A DNA stretch of 64,000 nt, from positions 1,503-65,502 of the forward strand of contig JAHEYN010000011.1 of the NCBI GenBank assembly GCA_023251555.1, in the 5' to 3' direction. Shown piece by piece: positions 17,520-26,978 of the stretch. This DNA is from Bacteroidota bacterium. GTDB lineage: Bacteria; Bacteroidota; Bacteroidia; AKYH767-A; JAHEYN01. Position 1 is the stretch's first letter, and the number at the start of each line of letters is the position of its first letter. The notes below the pieces were generated by a model. It saw only the letters and a program-made list of their open reading frames with translations, was not told where the DNA came from and searched no databases. The position numbers and the translations under genes are program-made.

Positions 17520-18254
17520 ATGAGTACCATAAGAAATAACGATGAAAAAAGCACCAGGAAAAGTTGCACAGAGTGCAGGTTCCACGATTTCAGTGTTTTT
17601 AAAAACTGCCCGCCCGGAGTTCTTGAAGATGCTTTTTCAAACAGGAGCATGAGAAGTTATGCAAAGGGAGATGTGCTGATGTCACAGGGGGATGCTTTTT
17701 CGGGGGTCTATTGTATCCAGGAGGGTATGGTGAAGGTTACGCGGATTGGGAATAAAAACAAGGAATTCATTCTCTGGTTCGCGCACCCCGGCGATATTAT
17801 CGGCATGGACTCCTTTATGAGCAATGACTCATATTCTTTTTCCTCTACGGCGCTTGAGCCGGTTTCAGCATGCTTCATCCCTGCTTCTGACTTTAAAAAT
17901 CTTCTCACCCGCGATCCCCTTCTCAGCATAGGCCTTATGAAAGATATGTGCGATAAGATTAACTTTATTGAAGAGAGGATTACTAGCATAGCAAGAAAAA
18001 AAATCAAGGAACATTTTGCCGAGATGCTGATATCCCTTGCCGTAAAGAACAAGAAACTGCCGGGAGGAGATATACCGGTTAACTGTTCTGTTAAAGATCT
18101 TGCTGATATTATAGGTACCACCAAGCATTATCTTTATAAGATACTCTCGGATTTTTCCGATAAGAAAGTTATTTCCGTCCGTAACAGGAAGCTTGTTATC
18201 CGCAATATGGACAAGCTTTCAATGATTGCGGTGGGTGATGAACCGCTCGTATGA
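17520..18254 (+). CDS. Second FNR-type Crp/Fnr family regulator (4-Cys, different recognition helix)
   Basis: Has CTECRFHDFSVFKNC (C-x2-C-x11-C) plus VSACFIP. The HTH reads ADIIGTTKHYLYKILSDF. Confidence 0.8.
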   Translation: MSTIRNNDEKSTRKSCTECRFHDFSVFKNCPPGVLEDAFSNRSMRSYAKGDVLMSQGDAFSGVYCIQEGMVKVTRIGNKNKEFILWFAHPGDIIGMDSFMSNDSYSFSSTALEPVSACFIPASDFKNLLTRDPLLSIGLMKDMCDKINFIEERITSIARKKIKEHFAEMLISLAVKNKKLPGGDIPVNCSVKDLADIIGTTKHYLYKILSDFSDKKVISVRNRKLVIRNMDKLSMIAVGDEPLV

Positions 18255-18276
18255 TAACCTCTTAAGTTTTTCCCGT

Positions 18277-18702
18277 ATGCCCCTGTTCCTGAAGCGGTTT
18301 TTGTTCTGGTCTTTGTGTTTGATTTTTCTTGTTTATACCTTTTACCTTTATACTTCTTCAACTTCTGCAGACAGGGGTCTTGCGTTTCTCGATGAAAAGG
18401 CAAAAGCCGGTAAGCTGCTTTTCCAGAAATATAATTGCACTGCGTGCCACCAGGTTTACGGCCTGGGCGGATACATGGGTCCTGACCTTACGAATGTTAT
18501 TTCTGCGAAGGGCAAAGGCCCTGGCTATGCAAAGGCATTTCTGCTGAGCGGAACTGCCCGCATGCCGAATTTTCACCTTTCTTCAGAGGAGATAGATAAT
18601 ATCATCGCATACCTGGGTTATGTGGATAAAACAGGCGTTTCGCCGATCATTGACTTTAAATTAAATGCCGATGGAACAGTCTCGGCAGGAGAGAGGAAAT
18701 GA
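18277..18702 (+). CDS. Membrane-anchored monoheme cytochrome c (NorC-like partner subunit)
   Basis: N-terminal TM helix FLFWSLCLIFLVYTFYLY, a single CTACH heme motif, GPDLTNV, and ARMPNF as the distal Met candidate. The start is uncertain (18226 TTG, 18238 or 18277). The stop overlaps the next ATG (ATGA). Confidence 0.75.
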   Translation: MPLFLKRFLFWSLCLIFLVYTFYLYTSSTSADRGLAFLDEKAKAGKLLFQKYNCTACHQVYGLGGYMGPDLTNVISAKGKGPGYAKAFLLSGTARMPNFHLSSEEIDNIIAYLGYVDKTGVSPIIDFKLNADGTVSAGERK

Positions 18703-20036
18703 AAAAGGATACAGGGATATTGTTTGTATTTCTTGCCCTTCTTGCTTTGGGAAGCGGGATGTTTTTCGGGAGCCTCGCGGCACTGCAGTTTATCATTCCA
18801 GGCTTTTCAGACTGGATTCCTTTTTTTAAAACAAGGCCTCTTCATGTGTCTCTTGTTGTTGCATGGATATTTCTTGCTTCGGTGGGAGGAATTTACCATT
18901 ACCTTCCTGCCTTCTGTAATCTCTCACTCCGGTATCCGTCACTCCCTAAAACCCATTTCCGGATATTTTTTATAACCGGACTGCTGGTTTTGGCATGTTA
19001 TTTTATGGGGTATTTTGGGGGAAGGGAGTATTGGGAGTTTCCTCCACTGCTGGCACTACCCATACTTGCATCATGGATGCTGTTCGGATTTAATTATGCC
19101 GGGACAGTTTTGGAAAAGAAAAATACATGGCCCGTATATCTCTGGATGTGGGGAACAGGAATAATATTTTTCTTCTTTACATTCTCGGAAGCATACCTCT
19201 GGCTGTTTCCTTATTTCAGGAACAGCATAGTGCGTGATCTCAGCATTCAATGGAAAGCATACGGGGCACTGGTAGGTTCATGGAATATGCTGGTATACGG
19301 AACCGCAGTTTTCCTGATGGAAAAGATAAAGGGAGATACAAAGGTGGCTTATTCAACGCAGGCATATCTGATGTACTTTCTGGGATTGTTTAACCTGATG
19401 TTCGGCTGGGCTCATCATATTTATATCCTCCCTGTTGCCCCATGGGTGAGGATATTGTCCTATGCCGTGAGTATGACAGAGCTTATCATTCTTGCTAAAA
19501 TTATCCGTAACTGGAGATCGTCTTTTTCGCGGGGAAGCCGCGTCCGTGATTCACTTTCATACCGCTTTCTTTATGCATCTGATGTGTGGATTTTTCTGAA
19601 TCTCATCCTGGCACTTGCCATATCGGTTCCCGCAGTCAATATATACACCCACGGGACGCATGTTACCGTGGCTCATGCCATGGGAAGTACAATAGGTATT
19701 AATACCATGATACTGCTGGCCTCATGCTTTTTTATCATAGAGAGCATGCCGGAAAAATCAAACAATCGCAGCGCCGGGAAAATAATGAAGGCAGGAGTTG
19801 TTTTATTTAATCTCTCTCTCTTTGTCTTTTGGACATCTCTCATTTTTGCAGGTGTCTCAAAAGGAGTGATGGTCGTGGAGGGAAAGTTGTCTTTCAGGGA
19901 AATGATGGATAAGATTAATCCTTTTCTTATTACATTTGCGGTCTCGGGAATATCAATGTTTGTGTCGGTGCTGATGATAATAATTCCTGTCATTCCTTCA
20001 CTGGGTCGTTACATTGCAAAGCGCACTTCGTTATGA
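18699..20036 (+). CDS. Divergent heme-copper oxidase superfamily subunit I, NorB/cbb3-like, with 12 predicted TM helices
   Basis: KTRPLHVSLVVAW matches the helix II His region. GWAHHIY matches the HH pair. NIYTHGTHVTVAHAMG aligns to P. aeruginosa NorB NYYTHGTQLTAAHGHM. The helix VI His and the second helix X His are absent. Confidence 0.75.
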   Translation: MKKDTGILFVFLALLALGSGMFFGSLAALQFIIPGFSDWIPFFKTRPLHVSLVVAWIFLASVGGIYHYLPAFCNLSLRYPSLPKTHFRIFFITGLLVLACYFMGYFGGREYWEFPPLLALPILASWMLFGFNYAGTVLEKKNTWPVYLWMWGTGIIFFFFTFSEAYLWLFPYFRNSIVRDLSIQWKAYGALVGSWNMLVYGTAVFLMEKIKGDTKVAYSTQAYLMYFLGLFNLMFGWAHHIYILPVAPWVRILSYAVSMTELIILAKIIRNWRSSFSRGSRVRDSLSYRFLYASDVWIFLNLILALAISVPAVNIYTHGTHVTVAHAMGSTIGINTMILLASCFFIIESMPEKSNNRSAGKIMKAGVVLFNLSLFVFWTSLIFAGVSKGVMVVEGKLSFREMMDKINPFLITFAVSGISMFVSVLMIIIPVIPSLGRYIAKRTSL

Positions 20037-20111
20037 GCGAAATCATTTTCTGAAGAAAGGGTTCTTGATAATCTTGCCGGTCAAAGTCAAATTAACCAAA
20101 CCTTTACCATT

Positions 20112-20597
20112 ATGAGAAAACAACACACACACACGCTCCTTGCCATGTCAGCCATGGCTGTTGCCGCCTTCTTCTGCGGATGCGGTGGAAACAGCAACGA
20201 AACTCCTGCCTCTTCCGGGGGAGAGCAGAAAACCGAAGCAGCTCCTTCCGGGACTGCTGCACAGGCTGTTCCTGCAAGCGGAGAAGATGTTTACAAGAAG
20301 ACATGTCAGACCTGCCACCAGGCAAACGGGGAAGGGATGCCGGCCACGTTTCCGCCTCTCGCCAAATCAGATTTCCTGTCCGATAAATCAAAAACTATCC
20401 GGCAGGTGCTGAACGGTTCCAGCGGGGAGATTACGGTTAATGGCCAGAAATTTAACGGTACTATGCCTCCCCAGGGAAGTACCCTTTCCGACAATGATAT
20501 TGCTGCTGTACTCACTTATGTATACAGCTCATGGGGCAACACCGCCGCCACTGTCACTGCGGAAGAGGTTAAGGCCGAACGCGAAAAAACAAAATAA
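20112..20597 (+). CDS. Class I c-type cytochrome, probable lipoprotein
   Basis: The AAFFCGCGG segment looks like a lipobox. It has the CQTCH heme motif and NGTMPP as the Met ligand region. Confidence 0.85.
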   Translation: MRKQHTHTLLAMSAMAVAAFFCGCGGNSNETPASSGGEQKTEAAPSGTAAQAVPASGEDVYKKTCQTCHQANGEGMPATFPPLAKSDFLSDKSKTIRQVLNGSSGEITVNGQKFNGTMPPQGSTLSDNDIAAVLTYVYSSWGNTAATVTAEEVKAEREKTK

Positions 20598-20607
20598 CAG
20601 CAGGCGC

Positions 20608-21810
20608 ATGAAAGAGGAAAAAGTTTTTTTTGGCGATACGCTGAAGGCTTTTGCCTCCAGAAACGATAAAGAGCTGAAGCACCTGCTTTGGCTCTTTAAG
20701 CTCATGGGCAACCCATCCCTGGTGAAACTTTTATCCAGACTTGCGGTTTTTTCGATTAAAGCGGGTCTCCCCGTTTCTGCTCCAATCAAAGCTACGATCT
20801 TCAGGCAGTTCTGCGGGGGGGAATCCATTGAAGAAAGTGTCCCGGTAGTGAAAAAACTCGGTAGCAGGAAGGTCGGGTCTATCCTCGATTATTCCGTGGA
20901 GGGAAAAGAAAGAGAAGAGGATTTTGAGAGAACTAAAGATGAGGTGATAAAGATTATTCATCTTGCAAAGAACAATCCCGCAATTCCATATACCAGTCTT
21001 AAGCTTACAGGGATTGCTCCGTTCTCACTTCTTGAAAAGATAAGCGCGCATGCAGAACTTTCCGAAGCGGAAGATACGGCATTTTCAAAGCTGAAGCACC
21101 GGCTTGCCGACGTATGCTATAATGCTTATGTAAATAATGTCCCCGTTTATTTTGATGCTGAAGAGAGCTGGATACAGCCTGCAATTGACCGCCTTGCCGA
21201 GGAGATGATGGCGGAGTATAACCAGAAAAAATCCATTGTCCTTACTACGCTCCAGATGTACCGCCGGGACAGGCTTTCGTATCTTAAAGAACTTATTGTG
21301 AAGGGCAGGGAGAAGAAATTTTTTGTCGGGATAAAATTAGTGCGGGGAGCATACTGGGAAAAAGAGAATGAAAGATCTGCCCGTATGGGGCTTCCCTCTC
21401 CCGTGCATGAGCGTAAGGAAGATACCGACAGGGATTTTAATGAAGCACTTGATACCTGTCTGCGTAATATTGATCTTATTACACTGTGCGCCGGTACTCA
21501 CAATGAGGCCAGCACTATGCACCTCCTGGATAAAATGAAGGAGATGGGAATTGCCAACGATCACCCGCACGTATACTTTTCACAGCTTTACGGTATGAGC
21601 GATCATATTACATTTAACCTTGCAGATGCAGGATACAATGTTACCAAGTATCTCCCTTACGGCCCCGTGAAATCAGTGGTGCCTTACCTGATAAGGAGAG
21701 CTGAAGAAAACACCGCCATAGCAGGCCAGATGGGAAGGGAACTTTCGCTTATACTGGCAGAGAAAAAAAGACGGCAGCATGAAAAGCTGCTCCCGCCAGG
21801 GGTTGCCTGA
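20608..21810 (+). CDS. Proline dehydrogenase (monofunctional)
   Basis: Taken from the internal ATG, MKEEKVFFGDTLKAFA. Has LKLTGI..., VYFDAEESW, KLVRGAYWEKE and YLIRRAEENT, which are typical ProDH motifs. The track's upstream extension overlaps the cytochrome gene. Confidence 0.85.
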   Translation: MKEEKVFFGDTLKAFASRNDKELKHLLWLFKLMGNPSLVKLLSRLAVFSIKAGLPVSAPIKATIFRQFCGGESIEESVPVVKKLGSRKVGSILDYSVEGKEREEDFERTKDEVIKIIHLAKNNPAIPYTSLKLTGIAPFSLLEKISAHAELSEAEDTAFSKLKHRLADVCYNAYVNNVPVYFDAEESWIQPAIDRLAEEMMAEYNQKKSIVLTTLQMYRRDRLSYLKELIVKGREKKFFVGIKLVRGAYWEKENERSARMGLPSPVHERKEDTDRDFNEALDTCLRNIDLITLCAGTHNEASTMHLLDKMKEMGIANDHPHVYFSQLYGMSDHITFNLADAGYNVTKYLPYGPVKSVVPYLIRRAEENTAIAGQMGRELSLILAEKKRRQHEKLLPPGVA

Positions 21811-21890
21811 GAACATACTCTTTTTTATCTGAACTTTACGGCTGTTTTTTTGGCCTCCCCCGATTTTTTTCAAAAAATACCTGTCTGTAA

Positions 21891-21910
21891 AATATGATAA
21901 TCATCATAAT
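21891..21910 (+). promoter_or_regulatory. Fur-box-like AT palindrome upstream of nrdJ
   Basis: AATATGATAATCATCATAAT contains ATGATAATCAT, the core of the GATAATGATAATCATTATC consensus. The AT-rich context makes chance similarity possible. Confidence 0.25.
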
Positions 21911-22055
21911 AAAACATGATAAAGGTTGAGTTGTTGAAAACTAAAATCAAATGTTAAAAAAAATCAGATCCGGGAAAAAGATCTCTCGCTAAATTGCAGC
22001 ACAATTTTTCTTTCAGGGTACAATCATTGAAAAATAATCATTAAATTTATAATAA

Positions 22056-24644
22056 ATGCTGACTGCTGAGATGACGAAGAAGGCCGTAAAAGCTGCAAAG
22101 CCGGCGGGTACATCACCCCGAACTTATTCTTATAAGGAAGTTTACGACGAGTCTGTTTCCTACTTTCAGGGCGATGAACTTGCCGCATCCACCTGGATGA
22201 ACAAGTATGCCATGAAGGATAAAAACGGAAAATTTCTGGAACTTTCACCCGATGACATGCATATGCGTATGGCTGCCGAATTTGGAAGGAAAGAAATGGA
22301 ATACCGGGATATGGCCGTGGCCCCGAACCGGAAACTTCTTTCAAAATACGGGCAGAAAAGAGATTTTCTCACCGAAGAAAAGATTTATGACCTGTTCAGG
22401 GATTTCGCCCGTGTAATTCCTCAGGGAAGTGTGATGTCTTCCCTCGGAAACCCTTATGTTATCGCTTCTTTGTCCAACTGCATTGTGCTTCCTGAGATTT
22501 ATGATTCATACGGCGGGATATTTTACACCGACCAGCAAATGGCGCAGCTCTTTAAGCGCAGGTGCGGGGTGGGAGTGGATATCTCTTCCCTGCGCCCTTC
22601 GGGTACTTTTGTGTCCAATGCCGCCGGCTCTACCACGGGTGCAGTTTCTTTTATGGAACGATTCTCGAATACCACCCGGGAGGTGGCTCAGAACGGTAGA
22701 AGAGGCGCCCTGATGATTACTATGGATGTAGCCCATCCTGATATAGAATCCTTTGTAACCATTAAGCAGGACCTCTCCCGCATTACGGGAGCCAATATTT
22801 CCGTAAGAATTTCTGATGAATTCATGAATGCCGTCGCAGCCGACCAGGATTTTACGCATCGTTTTCCCATAAATTCTCCCAATCCTTCCTTTACCAGAAA
22901 AGTAAAAGCAAGGGAGCTGTGGAACACTATTATAAAATGTGCCCACCATACCGCTGAGCCGGGGATTATTTTCTGGGACAGGCAACATCATTATTCTACA
23001 TCCTCTGTATATCCCGGCTTCAGAAATGTTTCCACCAACCCATGCTCTGAAATTGCGATGCAGGGAGGCGACAGTTGCAGGCTTATTGCCCTGAATCTCT
23101 TTGGCTTCGTCGACAACCCATTTACTCCCAGGGCTAAATTCAACTACAGGAAGTTTTATGAAACCACTTACGAATCCCAGCGCCTGATGGACGATCTTGT
23201 GGACCTCGAACTGGAGGCCATAGAACGTATTCTTGCCAAGGTGGCAAAAGATCCCGAACCGGATTATATTAAGGAAGTTGAAGTGAATACATGGAAGCTG
23301 CTTTATGAAGCGGGAAAAAAGGGCAGGAGGACAGGCCTCGGATTCACAGCTCTCGGCGATGCCCTGGCTGCTCTTGGCTTTGGGTTTGATTCCCCTGAGG
23401 CCCTCGCTGAAGTGGGAAAAATAATGAAGTCAAAATGTGAGGCTGAGTTTGACAGTTCCGTGGATATGGCTGTAGAAAGAGGAAAGTTTGAAGCCTTCGA
23501 CCCGGCTGTGGAAAATACTTCCGAATTTGTGAAGATGATGAAAGAAGAATTCCCCCAGCTGTACCAGCGCATGATGAAAAACGGCAGGAGAAATATTTCT
23601 GTCAGTACGGTGGCTCCTACAGGTACACTGAGTCTCCTTGCGCGTTCTTCCTCCGGGATAGAGCCGGTATTTATGCTCTCATATAAAAGAAGAAGAAAGG
23701 TGAATCCGAACGATAAAAACGTCAAGATTGATTTTGTTGACCACATGGGCGACTCATGGCAGGAATTTACGGTTTATCATCCCAGGGTGAAGATGTGGAT
23801 GGATATTACCGGGGAAAGTGATATTACAAGATCCCCCTACCACGGTTCTACAGCCTCGGAGATTGACTGGAAAAAAAGAGTGGAGATGCAGTCGGTGGTG
23901 CAGAAGTACACTACCCACTCCATCAGTTCAACTATTAATCTCCCTGCAGAAGCTACACCTGAAAACGTGGCAGGTATTTACCTTGAAGCGTGGAAGAAAG
24001 GCCTGAAAGGAATAACGGTTTACCGCGATGGTTCCAGAACAGGCGTTCTTGTTTCAACGGATAATAAGGGAAAGAAATCGGATGAGATTGTGGAAACTAC
24101 CGCGCCAAAACGTCCCAAAGTTCTTGAAGCAGAGATCGTTCGCTTTATGAACCACAATGAAAAGTGGATTGCAGTTGTCGGACTGCTCAACGGAAAGCCC
24201 TATGAGGTTTTCACAGGTAAGGCGGAAGATGCATTCATCATCCCCGGCTGGGCTGAAAAGGGATGGGTCATCAAAAGTTCGAGGGAAGACGGAGCCAAGC
24301 GTTATGACTTTCAATACATGGATAAAGAAGGTTACCGTATTACCATCGAAGGTCTTTCAAGATCATTCAATAAGGAATACTGGAACTATGCCAAGCTTAT
24401 TTCAGGGGTGCTTCGCCATGGAATGCCCCTGCCCCACGTTGTGAACCTGATATCAGACCTTCATCTTTATAATGATAACATTAACACATGGAAAGTGGGC
24501 GTAGAGAGGGCTTTGAAAAAATTCATTCCCGACGGGACTCATGCTGTTGACCGGAAATGTTCAGGCTGCGGAGACCCGCAGGGCCTGATTTACGAAGAAG
24601 GATGCCTCAAATGTAAAAGCTGCGGGCACTCAAAATGCGGTTGA
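22056..24644 (+). CDS. nrdJ: Adenosylcobalamin-dependent (class II) ribonucleotide reductase
   Basis: 862 aa. Has STNPCSEI (the active-site Cys), GGIGVDIS-like CGVGVDISSLRP, and a C-terminal Cys-rich tail CSGCGDPQGLIYEEGCLKCKSCGHSKCG. Confidence 0.88.
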   Translation: MLTAEMTKKAVKAAKPAGTSPRTYSYKEVYDESVSYFQGDELAASTWMNKYAMKDKNGKFLELSPDDMHMRMAAEFGRKEMEYRDMAVAPNRKLLSKYGQKRDFLTEEKIYDLFRDFARVIPQGSVMSSLGNPYVIASLSNCIVLPEIYDSYGGIFYTDQQMAQLFKRRCGVGVDISSLRPSGTFVSNAAGSTTGAVSFMERFSNTTREVAQNGRRGALMITMDVAHPDIESFVTIKQDLSRITGANISVRISDEFMNAVAADQDFTHRFPINSPNPSFTRKVKARELWNTIIKCAHHTAEPGIIFWDRQHHYSTSSVYPGFRNVSTNPCSEIAMQGGDSCRLIALNLFGFVDNPFTPRAKFNYRKFYETTYESQRLMDDLVDLELEAIERILAKVAKDPEPDYIKEVEVNTWKLLYEAGKKGRRTGLGFTALGDALAALGFGFDSPEALAEVGKIMKSKCEAEFDSSVDMAVERGKFEAFDPAVENTSEFVKMMKEEFPQLYQRMMKNGRRNISVSTVAPTGTLSLLARSSSGIEPVFMLSYKRRRKVNPNDKNVKIDFVDHMGDSWQEFTVYHPRVKMWMDITGESDITRSPYHGSTASEIDWKKRVEMQSVVQKYTTHSISSTINLPAEATPENVAGIYLEAWKKGLKGITVYRDGSRTGVLVSTDNKGKKSDEIVETTAPKRPKVLEAEIVRFMNHNEKWIAVVGLLNGKPYEVFTGKAEDAFIIPGWAEKGWVIKSSREDGAKRYDFQYMDKEGYRITIEGLSRSFNKEYWNYAKLISGVLRHGMPLPHVVNLISDLHLYNDNINTWKVGVERALKKFIPDGTHAVDRKCSGCGDPQGLIYEEGCLKCKSCGHSKCG

Positions 24645-24768
24645 GCATTTACCGTATATTAAATTGATTTTGCCCCCGGAGCAGGTTCCGGACTCAGATG
24701 TTCGCATCAAACTGCAGGGAATTAAATCAGGTTTTTCTCGTCCGGCATAGCGGAACGCGATGGCTGAT

Positions 24769-26040
24769 TCAGGCCGGAATGGCCGGCTTGCCGCCCTGTT
24801 TTTCTGCCAGGTAGTATAACGTGGAAGAATTGGATTCGTTAAAAATTCCTGAAGCTCTTTCCCGGATCTGTTCACGGGTAACACTCCTGTAAAAATCTAT
24901 TTCTTTATTGGCAAGCGATGCACCCCCAAGCAGTTCCCAGAATGCCAGGTTCATGGCTTTGTTCAGCACATTTACTTCAGAGAACAGAAGGGCAGCCTCC
25001 ATTTTATTTTTTACTTTCTCTATCTCTTCTTCGGTGACATATTCTTTGCATACCCTGTTTAATTCCTCCTGCAGCGCCGCCTCGGCTTGTTCCATGGGGA
25101 TACCCTTGTGCAGCTTCCCTTCGGCCACAACCAGCCCGGGTTCCACATCCCCGCTCAGGTACAGGTCTATTTCGCTGAAGAGTTTTTTGTCTTTTACAAG
25201 GGAGTTATACAGGCGGGATGATTTTCCTTCAGCGAGAATGTCAGTCAGGAGATCTTCGGCATAAAAAAGACTTGCGGTTCTTGGGCCGGTGTGGTATGCC
25301 TTATACAGGGCGTTTGCCGGAACATCCCGGGATACGCTCATAATTCTTTTTTCTTTTTGCTCCGGTTCTGAAGGGAGTATGCGTTTCTCCTTACTGCCTG
25401 AGGGAATAGGCCCGAACCATTTCTCAGCAAGCTTTTTTATTTCGGCAGTCCTGACATTCCCTGCAACTACCATGATTGCGTTGGCAGGAAAGTAGAATCG
25501 GGCGAAAAAATCTTTCACATCCTGTAGTTTTGCTTCGGCAATATGTGATATTTCTTTCCCGATGGTGTTCCAACGGTAGGGATGCACCTTGTACGCAAGA
25601 GGGCGTAGGAGGAGCCACACATCGCCATAGGGCTGGTTGAGGTAGCGCTCGTTGAATTCTTCAATGACCACGTGTCTCTGGACTTCGAGGCTTTTTTCGG
25701 AAAATGCGAGGCTGAGCATACGGTCCGACTCAAGCCAGAATCCCGTTTCAATATTTCCTGCAGGAAGAGTGAGATAATAATTGGTGATGTCGTTGTTCGT
25801 AAAAGCGTTGTTTTCCCCGCCCGCTTTTTCAAGAGCTTCATCGTACCTGGGTATGTTTACGGATCCCCCGAACATGAGGTGTTCAAAGAGATGCGCGAAG
25901 CCCGTTCTTCCGGGGTCTTCATCTTTTGCACCCACATCGTACAGGATGTTAATGGCCGCAAGTGGTGTGCTTTTGTCTTCATGGACGATCACGGTGAGCC
26001 CGTTATCTAATTTGAATTTTTCGAAATGAATCATAATCAA
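24769..26040 (-). CDS. M16 family zinc peptidase (insulinase/pitrilysin-like)
   Basis: Inverted zinc motif HLFEH in GFAHLFEHLMFGGS. Confidence 0.85.
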   Translation of the reverse strand: MIMIHFEKFKLDNGLTVIVHEDKSTPLAAINILYDVGAKDEDPGRTGFAHLFEHLMFGGSVNIPRYDEALEKAGGENNAFTNNDITNYYLTLPAGNIETGFWLESDRMLSLAFSEKSLEVQRHVVIEEFNERYLNQPYGDVWLLLRPLAYKVHPYRWNTIGKEISHIAEAKLQDVKDFFARFYFPANAIMVVAGNVRTAEIKKLAEKWFGPIPSGSKEKRILPSEPEQKEKRIMSVSRDVPANALYKAYHTGPRTASLFYAEDLLTDILAEGKSSRLYNSLVKDKKLFSEIDLYLSGDVEPGLVVAEGKLHKGIPMEQAEAALQEELNRVCKEYVTEEEIEKVKNKMEAALLFSEVNVLNKAMNLAFWELLGGASLANKEIDFYRSVTREQIRERASGIFNESNSSTLYYLAEKQGGKPAIPA

Positions 26041-26978
26041 AGGTCAGTGAGTTCCTGTTTTGCTTTAATGTATTCCCCTGTTAGTTCCTTCACGATATCG
26101 GCCACCGGCATTATTTTTTTTATCAGCGAGGATACCTGCCCGATTTCCAGTTCTCCTTCTTCGAGGTTTCCTTCGAACATGCCGATCTTTGCGCGGGCGC
26201 GGCCAAGGATAGCTTTCAGCTCTTCTTCCCCGGCACCGCGGTTTTCGGCTTCTTCAACCTTTTTAAAGAAGGTGTTTTTTATGAGCCGCACAGGCACCAG
26301 TTTTTTCAGGGAAAGCATGGTGCCGCCTTCTTCCGTCTCGGTGATTCTCTGTTTGAATGCCGGGTGAAGTGAGGCCTCTTCTGAGGCGGCAAACCGGCTG
26401 CCGATCTGGACACCCTCTGCCCCCAGTGCCATGGCGGCAAGTATTCCCCTCCCTGTACCGATTCCTCCTGCCGCAATCACGGGAATCTTTACCGTTTCTG
26501 CTACCATAGGAACAAGGCACATGGTGGTGGTTTCCTCCCTCCCGTTATGCCCTCCTGCTTCAAAGCCTTCGGCTACCACGGCATCAACCCCTGCTTCTTC
26601 TGCTTTCTTTGCAAACCGGGTGCTTGCTACCACGTGTACCACTGTAACACCCTTCTCTTTAAGGAAAGATGTCCAGGTTTTAGGATTTCCCGCTGAAGTG
26701 AATACAATCCGTATCCCTTCATCGGCGATAATACCCATGATCTTTTCTATGTCAGGGTACAGAAGAGGCACATTCACCCCGAAAGATTTTCCGGTGGCAG
26801 CCCTGCATTTCCTGATATGTTCCCTCAGTACCTCAGGATACATGGATCCGGCACCCAGCAAACCCAGGCAGCCTGCGTTTGCTGCCGCAGAGGCAAGCCT
26901 CCAGCCGCTGGTCCATATCATGCCGGCCTGTATGATCGGATATTGTATGCCGAAGAGTTTAGTGATCCTGTTTTCCAT
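26037..26978 (-). CDS. NAD(P)H-dependent flavin oxidoreductase, nitronate monooxygenase / FabK-like family
   Basis: MENRITKLFGIQYPIIQAGM ... AAGGIGTGRGILAAMALGAEGVQIGSRF. The internal ATG is preferred. Confidence 0.8.
   Translation of the reverse strand: MENRITKLFGIQYPIIQAGMIWTSGWRLASAAANAGCLGLLGAGSMYPEVLREHIRKCRAATGKSFGVNVPLLYPDIEKIMGIIADEGIRIVFTSAGNPKTWTSFLKEKGVTVVHVVASTRFAKKAEEAGVDAVVAEGFEAGGHNGREETTTMCLVPMVAETVKIPVIAAGGIGTGRGILAAMALGAEGVQIGSRFAASEEASLHPAFKQRITETEEGGTMLSLKKLVPVRLIKNTFFKKVEEAENRGAGEEELKAILGRARAKIGMFEGNLEEGELEIGQVSSLIKKIMPVADIVKELTGEYIKAKQELTDL

Noticed and set aside
20440-20607. The N-terminal 56-aa extension of the proline dehydrogenase ORF, overlapping the cytochrome c gene
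   Set aside because: The extension lies in another frame of the cytochrome c coding region. A proper ATG at 20608 is followed by conserved ProDH sequence. Similar upstream extensions were trimmed for the genes whose features end at 8338, 16504, 26978, 27741, 28295, 28722, 30068, 35235, 38933, 39564 and 59359 (minus strand) or start at 16696, 28864 and 39738 (plus strand).
21811-22055. A cobalamin riboswitch or NrdR box upstream of nrdJ
   Set aside because: No B12-box-like GCCACTG core or conserved riboswitch stems are visible, and there is no tandem NrdR-box palindrome pair. Only the Fur-like AT palindrome was kept, at low confidence.
24676-24691. A CCGGA-GCAGGT-TCCGG hairpin after nrdJ as a terminator
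   Set aside because: It has only a 5-bp stem and no U-tract, so it cannot be distinguished from chance.
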